35,065 bases of DNA from an uncultured Muribaculaceae bacterium (GTDB lineage: Bacteria > Bacillota_I > Bacilli_A > RF39 > UBA660), in the NCBI GenBank assembly GCA_964553435.1, contig CAZKKM010000003.1:1-35065 (forward strand), written 5' to 3'. Positions 32,415-35,065 of the stretch are shown here, piece after piece. Under the pieces are notes generated by a model, which was not told the DNA's origin, did not search any database, and saw only the letters and a list, made by a program, of their open reading frames with translations. Made by a program: the position numbers and the translations under genes. Each line of letters begins with the position of its first letter. Positions within the stretch are counted from its first letter, which is position 1.

Positions 32415-33590
32415 ATGAAATTGATGCATATGGCCGACCTACACATCGGAAAAGTGCTGTCGGAACAATCCCTTTTAGAAGATCAAAAATATATGTTGAA
32501 CGAGATAATCGAGATTGCTCTCGAAGAGAAAGTCGATGCCATACTTATCTGTGGTGACATCTACGACAAAGGTATTCCCTCGACAGAAGCTGTCGACTTA
32601 CTTGACGAATTCCTAAACCGAGTGATAAAAAAACATCATATAAAAGCTTTCATCATTTCAGGTAATCACGATTCTAAATCGCGCCTCAATTTTGGCAGCA
32701 AGATTTTCGAAGACGAAGGCTTGTACATCGAGACGAATTATAGAGGGACTCTACGAAAAATTGAGCTCGAAGATACGGATATTTACATGCTTCCGTTCAT
32801 CAAACCTATCGAAGTGAGAAAATACTTTGAAGATGAAGAAATAAAGACGTACGAGGAAGCTATAAAATGTATTTTACAAAGAGTAAAATTGAACAAAGAT
32901 AAAAAGAATATTTTGATGGCCCATCAATTCGTCACCTATAAAGACCGATTGCCAGAACGATGCGATTCGGAGACTGTAAACGTTGGAACCATCGACAATG
33001 TCGATGCCAAACTTTTCTTCGATTTCGATTATGTCGCGCTCGGCCATATTCACGGTCCTCAAAGAATCGGCAAAGACACGATCAGATATTCGGGAACGAT
33101 GCTGAAGTATTCTTTCTCCGAAGTTCACCATAATAAGTCTTTGATCATCATCGATACTTCGTCCGAAGAACTCGAAATGAAATCTATACCTTTAAAACCG
33201 CTTCGCGATATGAGAGAAATAAGAGGACCTATTACCGAACTTTTAAATCCGACTAATTATGTAGGAACAGCCTTGGAAGACTACATCTTTGCGACTATAA
33301 CAGACGAAGAACCGGGTTATTCACCTTTGACTCGTCTTAGATCTGTCTATCCCAACATTCTCAAATTGGAAATACGCAATAGCAAAACATCCGCGACGAT
33401 GAGTGAAATATGCAAGATAGAGAAGATTAAAGAAAAGAGTCCTTCAAAACTGTTCGAAGAATTCTATGAGTATCAAAATGCCGTGCCCCCTTCTGAAAAA
33501 GTTGCAAAGATAATCGAAGGGCTTTTCGAAGAACTCGATTCTGATACTCTTTGTCGAGAAAAGACATCTAAAGAGAAAAAGCATCAATAA
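32415..33590 (+). CDS. sbcD: exonuclease SbcCD, nuclease subunit D
   Basis: GAGGAGG RBS. The calcineurin-like phosphoesterase motifs are present: MHMADLHIG, CGDIYD, GNHD and GHIHG. Confidence 0.92.
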   Translation: MKLMHMADLHIGKVLSEQSLLEDQKYMLNEIIEIALEEKVDAILICGDIYDKGIPSTEAVDLLDEFLNRVIKKHHIKAFIISGNHDSKSRLNFGSKIFEDEGLYIETNYRGTLRKIELEDTDIYMLPFIKPIEVRKYFEDEEIKTYEEAIKCILQRVKLNKDKKNILMAHQFVTYKDRLPERCDSETVNVGTIDNVDAKLFFDFDYVALGHIHGPQRIGKDTIRYSGTMLKYSFSEVHHNKSLIIIDTSSEELEMKSIPLKPLRDMREIRGPITELLNPTNYVGTALEDYIFATITDEEPGYSPLTRLRSVYPNILKLEIRNSKTSATMSEICKIEKIKEKSPSKLFEEFYEYQNAVPPSEKVAKIIEGLFEELDSDTLCREKTSKEKKHQ

Positions 33591-33625
33591 AGCAGGATCA
33601 TTTTTGATATAAAGGATGTGATACA

Positions 33626-35065
33626 ATGAAACCTATAAAACTCTCGCTTTCGGCATTTGGCCCCTATAAAGACCTCGTAGAAGTAGATTTTTCTCGTTTT
33701 GGTCCTTCGGGTATCTTTCTCATCACTGGCGACACCGGTGCTGGCAAGACGACTATCTTCGATGGAATATCTTTTGCTCTTTTCGGAGAATCCAGTGGAA
33801 GTAACCGCGGCAATGGTTCTTTTCGCAGTAAATTCGCCGATGCTTCGACACCGACCTTCGTCACCTTCGAATTCACATCGTCGGGAAAAATCTATAAAGT
33901 AACTCGCAATCCATCTTATTTGATACCGAAGAAGAGAGGCGAGGGCATGACCAGCCATCCAGCGGATGCAACTTTGGAATGTGAAGGAACCGTCATTGAG
34001 ACAAAATTGACGAACGTCAATGAAAAGATAACGGCTCTTTTGGGTATCGACAGCAAACAGTTCAAACAAATCGCCATGTTAGCTCAGGGAGAATTTTTGA
34101 ATGTTCTCTTCGCCGAATCATCAGAAAGAGAAAAGATCTTTCGTAAGATATTTTCTACCGAAAAGCTCGATATCTTCACTCTCCGGTTGGGAGAACTCCA
34201 AAAAAAGAAAAAAGAAAATTTGCAAAATCTCAAAACAGAATTTTTGACTAATCTCAGTAATGTCGATGGTTCACTAGCCGATGCGGCACAATATGAACTA
34301 GATGAAGATTTTATTGCCTCGGTCTTAAAAGAATTGAAAAAGTCGTTAGCTGAAAAATCTGATGCCAGAAAAGCTTTATCAAAAAAAGTCGCAGAATGCG
34401 AATCCGATGTAAAAAATTTGGAAAATCTGATTGCAAAAACCGAAGAAAACAACGAAAAACTTGTGCATCTCAACTCGCTTCGAGAAAAAGAAAAATTACT
34501 AAAAAAACGCAAAGTCGAAATCGACAGTTCACGCGAGCTGATTGCCAAACTAGATACTGCAGCTAAAGAACTATCGCCAATAGAAGATGCCCTAAAAGAT
34601 ACCGATGAAACGAGAAATGCCCTCGTCAAAAAAATCGAAGATTTGCATACTACTTTGAATGCAAATCAAATCATTTTAGCATCTATCGAAGAAAAAGAAA
34701 AGCTCATAAGAGATCTCGACAACATTCATAGAGAATACAAAGATTTTATGGTTCGTGAGACAAAAATGCACGAAGAGCATGATAAACTCCAAAGGTTAGA
34801 TGCTATCACACAAAAACTTGCCGCTTTTGAAGATGAATATCACATTCGAAAAAATGAATATTCTGTTCTTTCCAAAAAATACATCGAAGAAAACGAGTGT
34901 TACTTCCAAAATCAAGCTGGACTTCTCGCCAAGAATCTCAAAGAAAACAATCCTTGTCCTGTATGTGGCAGTACCATTCATCCACATGTGGCCACGTTGC
35001 CCAAAGAAGTTTTATCCAAAGAAGAACTCGATCGCCTTCAAAGCCGCGTCGAAACATCTCGCTTC
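33626..35065 (+). CDS. sbcC: exonuclease SbcCD, ATPase subunit C (5' part; runs off the window end)
   Basis: This gene is absent from the ORF track because there is no stop in the window. The frame from ATG 33626 is open to 35065. The N-terminus is 'MKPIKLSLSAFGPYKDLVEVDFSRFGPSGIFLITGDTGAGKTTIFDGISFALFG' (Walker A). 'QFKQIAMLAQGEF' follows, then a long Glu/Lys coiled coil and the zinc hook CPVCGS (~34957-34974). Confidence 0.92.
   Translation, partial: MKPIKLSLSAFGPYKDLVEVDFSRFGPSGIFLITGDTGAGKTTIFDGISFALFGESSGSNRGNGSFRSKFADASTPTFVTFEFTSSGKIYKVTRNPSYLIPKKRGEGMTSHPADATLECEGTVIETKLTNVNEKITALLGIDSKQFKQIAMLAQGEFLNVLFAESSEREKIFRKIFSTEKLDIFTLRLGELQKKKKENLQNLKTEFLTNLSNVDGSLADAAQYELDEDFIASVLKELKKSLAEKSDARKALSKKVAECESDVKNLENLIAKTEENNEKLVHLNSLREKEKLLKKRKVEIDSSRELIAKLDTAAKELSPIEDALKDTDETRNALVKKIEDLHTTLNANQIILASIEEKEKLIRDLDNIHREYKDFMVRETKMHEEHDKLQRLDAITQKLAAFEDEYHIRKNEYSVLSKKYIEENECYFQNQAGLLAKNLKENNPCPVCGSTIHPHVATLPKEVLSKEELDRLQSRVETSRF

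Noticed and set aside
33584-34629. Two minus-strand ORFs (161 aa and 181 aa, Ser/Phe-rich) at the right end of the window
   Set aside because: The + strand frame from ATG 33626 encodes an unmistakable SbcC (Walker A GDTGAGKTT, coiled coil, CPVCGS zinc hook) and stays open to the window end. The minus-strand ORFs are antisense artefacts of the Glu/Lys-rich coiled-coil coding sequence.
1-35065. Possibility that the organism uses the Mollicutes code (TGA = Trp), suggested by the DUF285 protein and the Mollicutes-like gene content
   Set aside because: nusA, infB, rbfA, truB, the VirB4 N-fragment and the vWA gene all terminate at TGA at the expected protein lengths, often in ATGA or TGATG coupling overlaps with the next gene. 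The presence of M23, lysozyme and sortase-signal genes also implies a peptidoglycan wall.

Overview
This 35-kb window looks like a low-GC, cell-walled Bacillota-type genome, possibly Erysipelotrichia or a Mollicutes relative (inference). It uses the standard genetic code: nusA, infB, rbfA and truB all end at TGA at their expected lengths. Every gene I can support is on the + strand, and the minus-strand ORFs in the track look like antisense shadows.

The left two thirds (about 0.6-21.4 kb) is an accessory-looking surface and secretion island. It starts with a DUF285/BspA-type leucine-rich-repeat surface protein and an Ig-like membrane protein. A monoderm-type type IV secretion (conjugation-like) gene set follows:
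- four paralogous VirB2/TrbC-like pilin modules, one of them fused to a large secreted domain
- a VirB6-like polytopic protein
- a PrgI/VirB3-like protein
- a VirB4 ATPase split into two translationally coupled ORFs
- an M23 peptidase plus lysozyme cell-wall hydrolase
- two small bitopic proteins
- a VirD4/TraG-type coupling protein
- a CnaB-type adhesin with an NPKTG sorting signal

This set is interrupted by an Aas-like lipid operon (PlsC-like acyltransferase, acyl-AMP/CoA ligase, PlsC-like acyltransferase). I see no relaxase, integrase, transposase or replication gene in the window.

The right third is core-like. It holds a short rimP, nusA, ylxR, infB, rbfA, two inserted ORFs and truB. Next comes a tightly coupled four-gene envelope operon (SBP+vWA fusion, XpaC-like membrane protein, paralogous SBP-like protein, SPFH/YdjI-like protein). 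The window ends with sbcD-sbcC; sbcC runs off the window end and is missing from the ORF track.

I recognised no rRNA, tRNA or CRISPR array by eye. All family assignments come from reading motifs, not from database searches.
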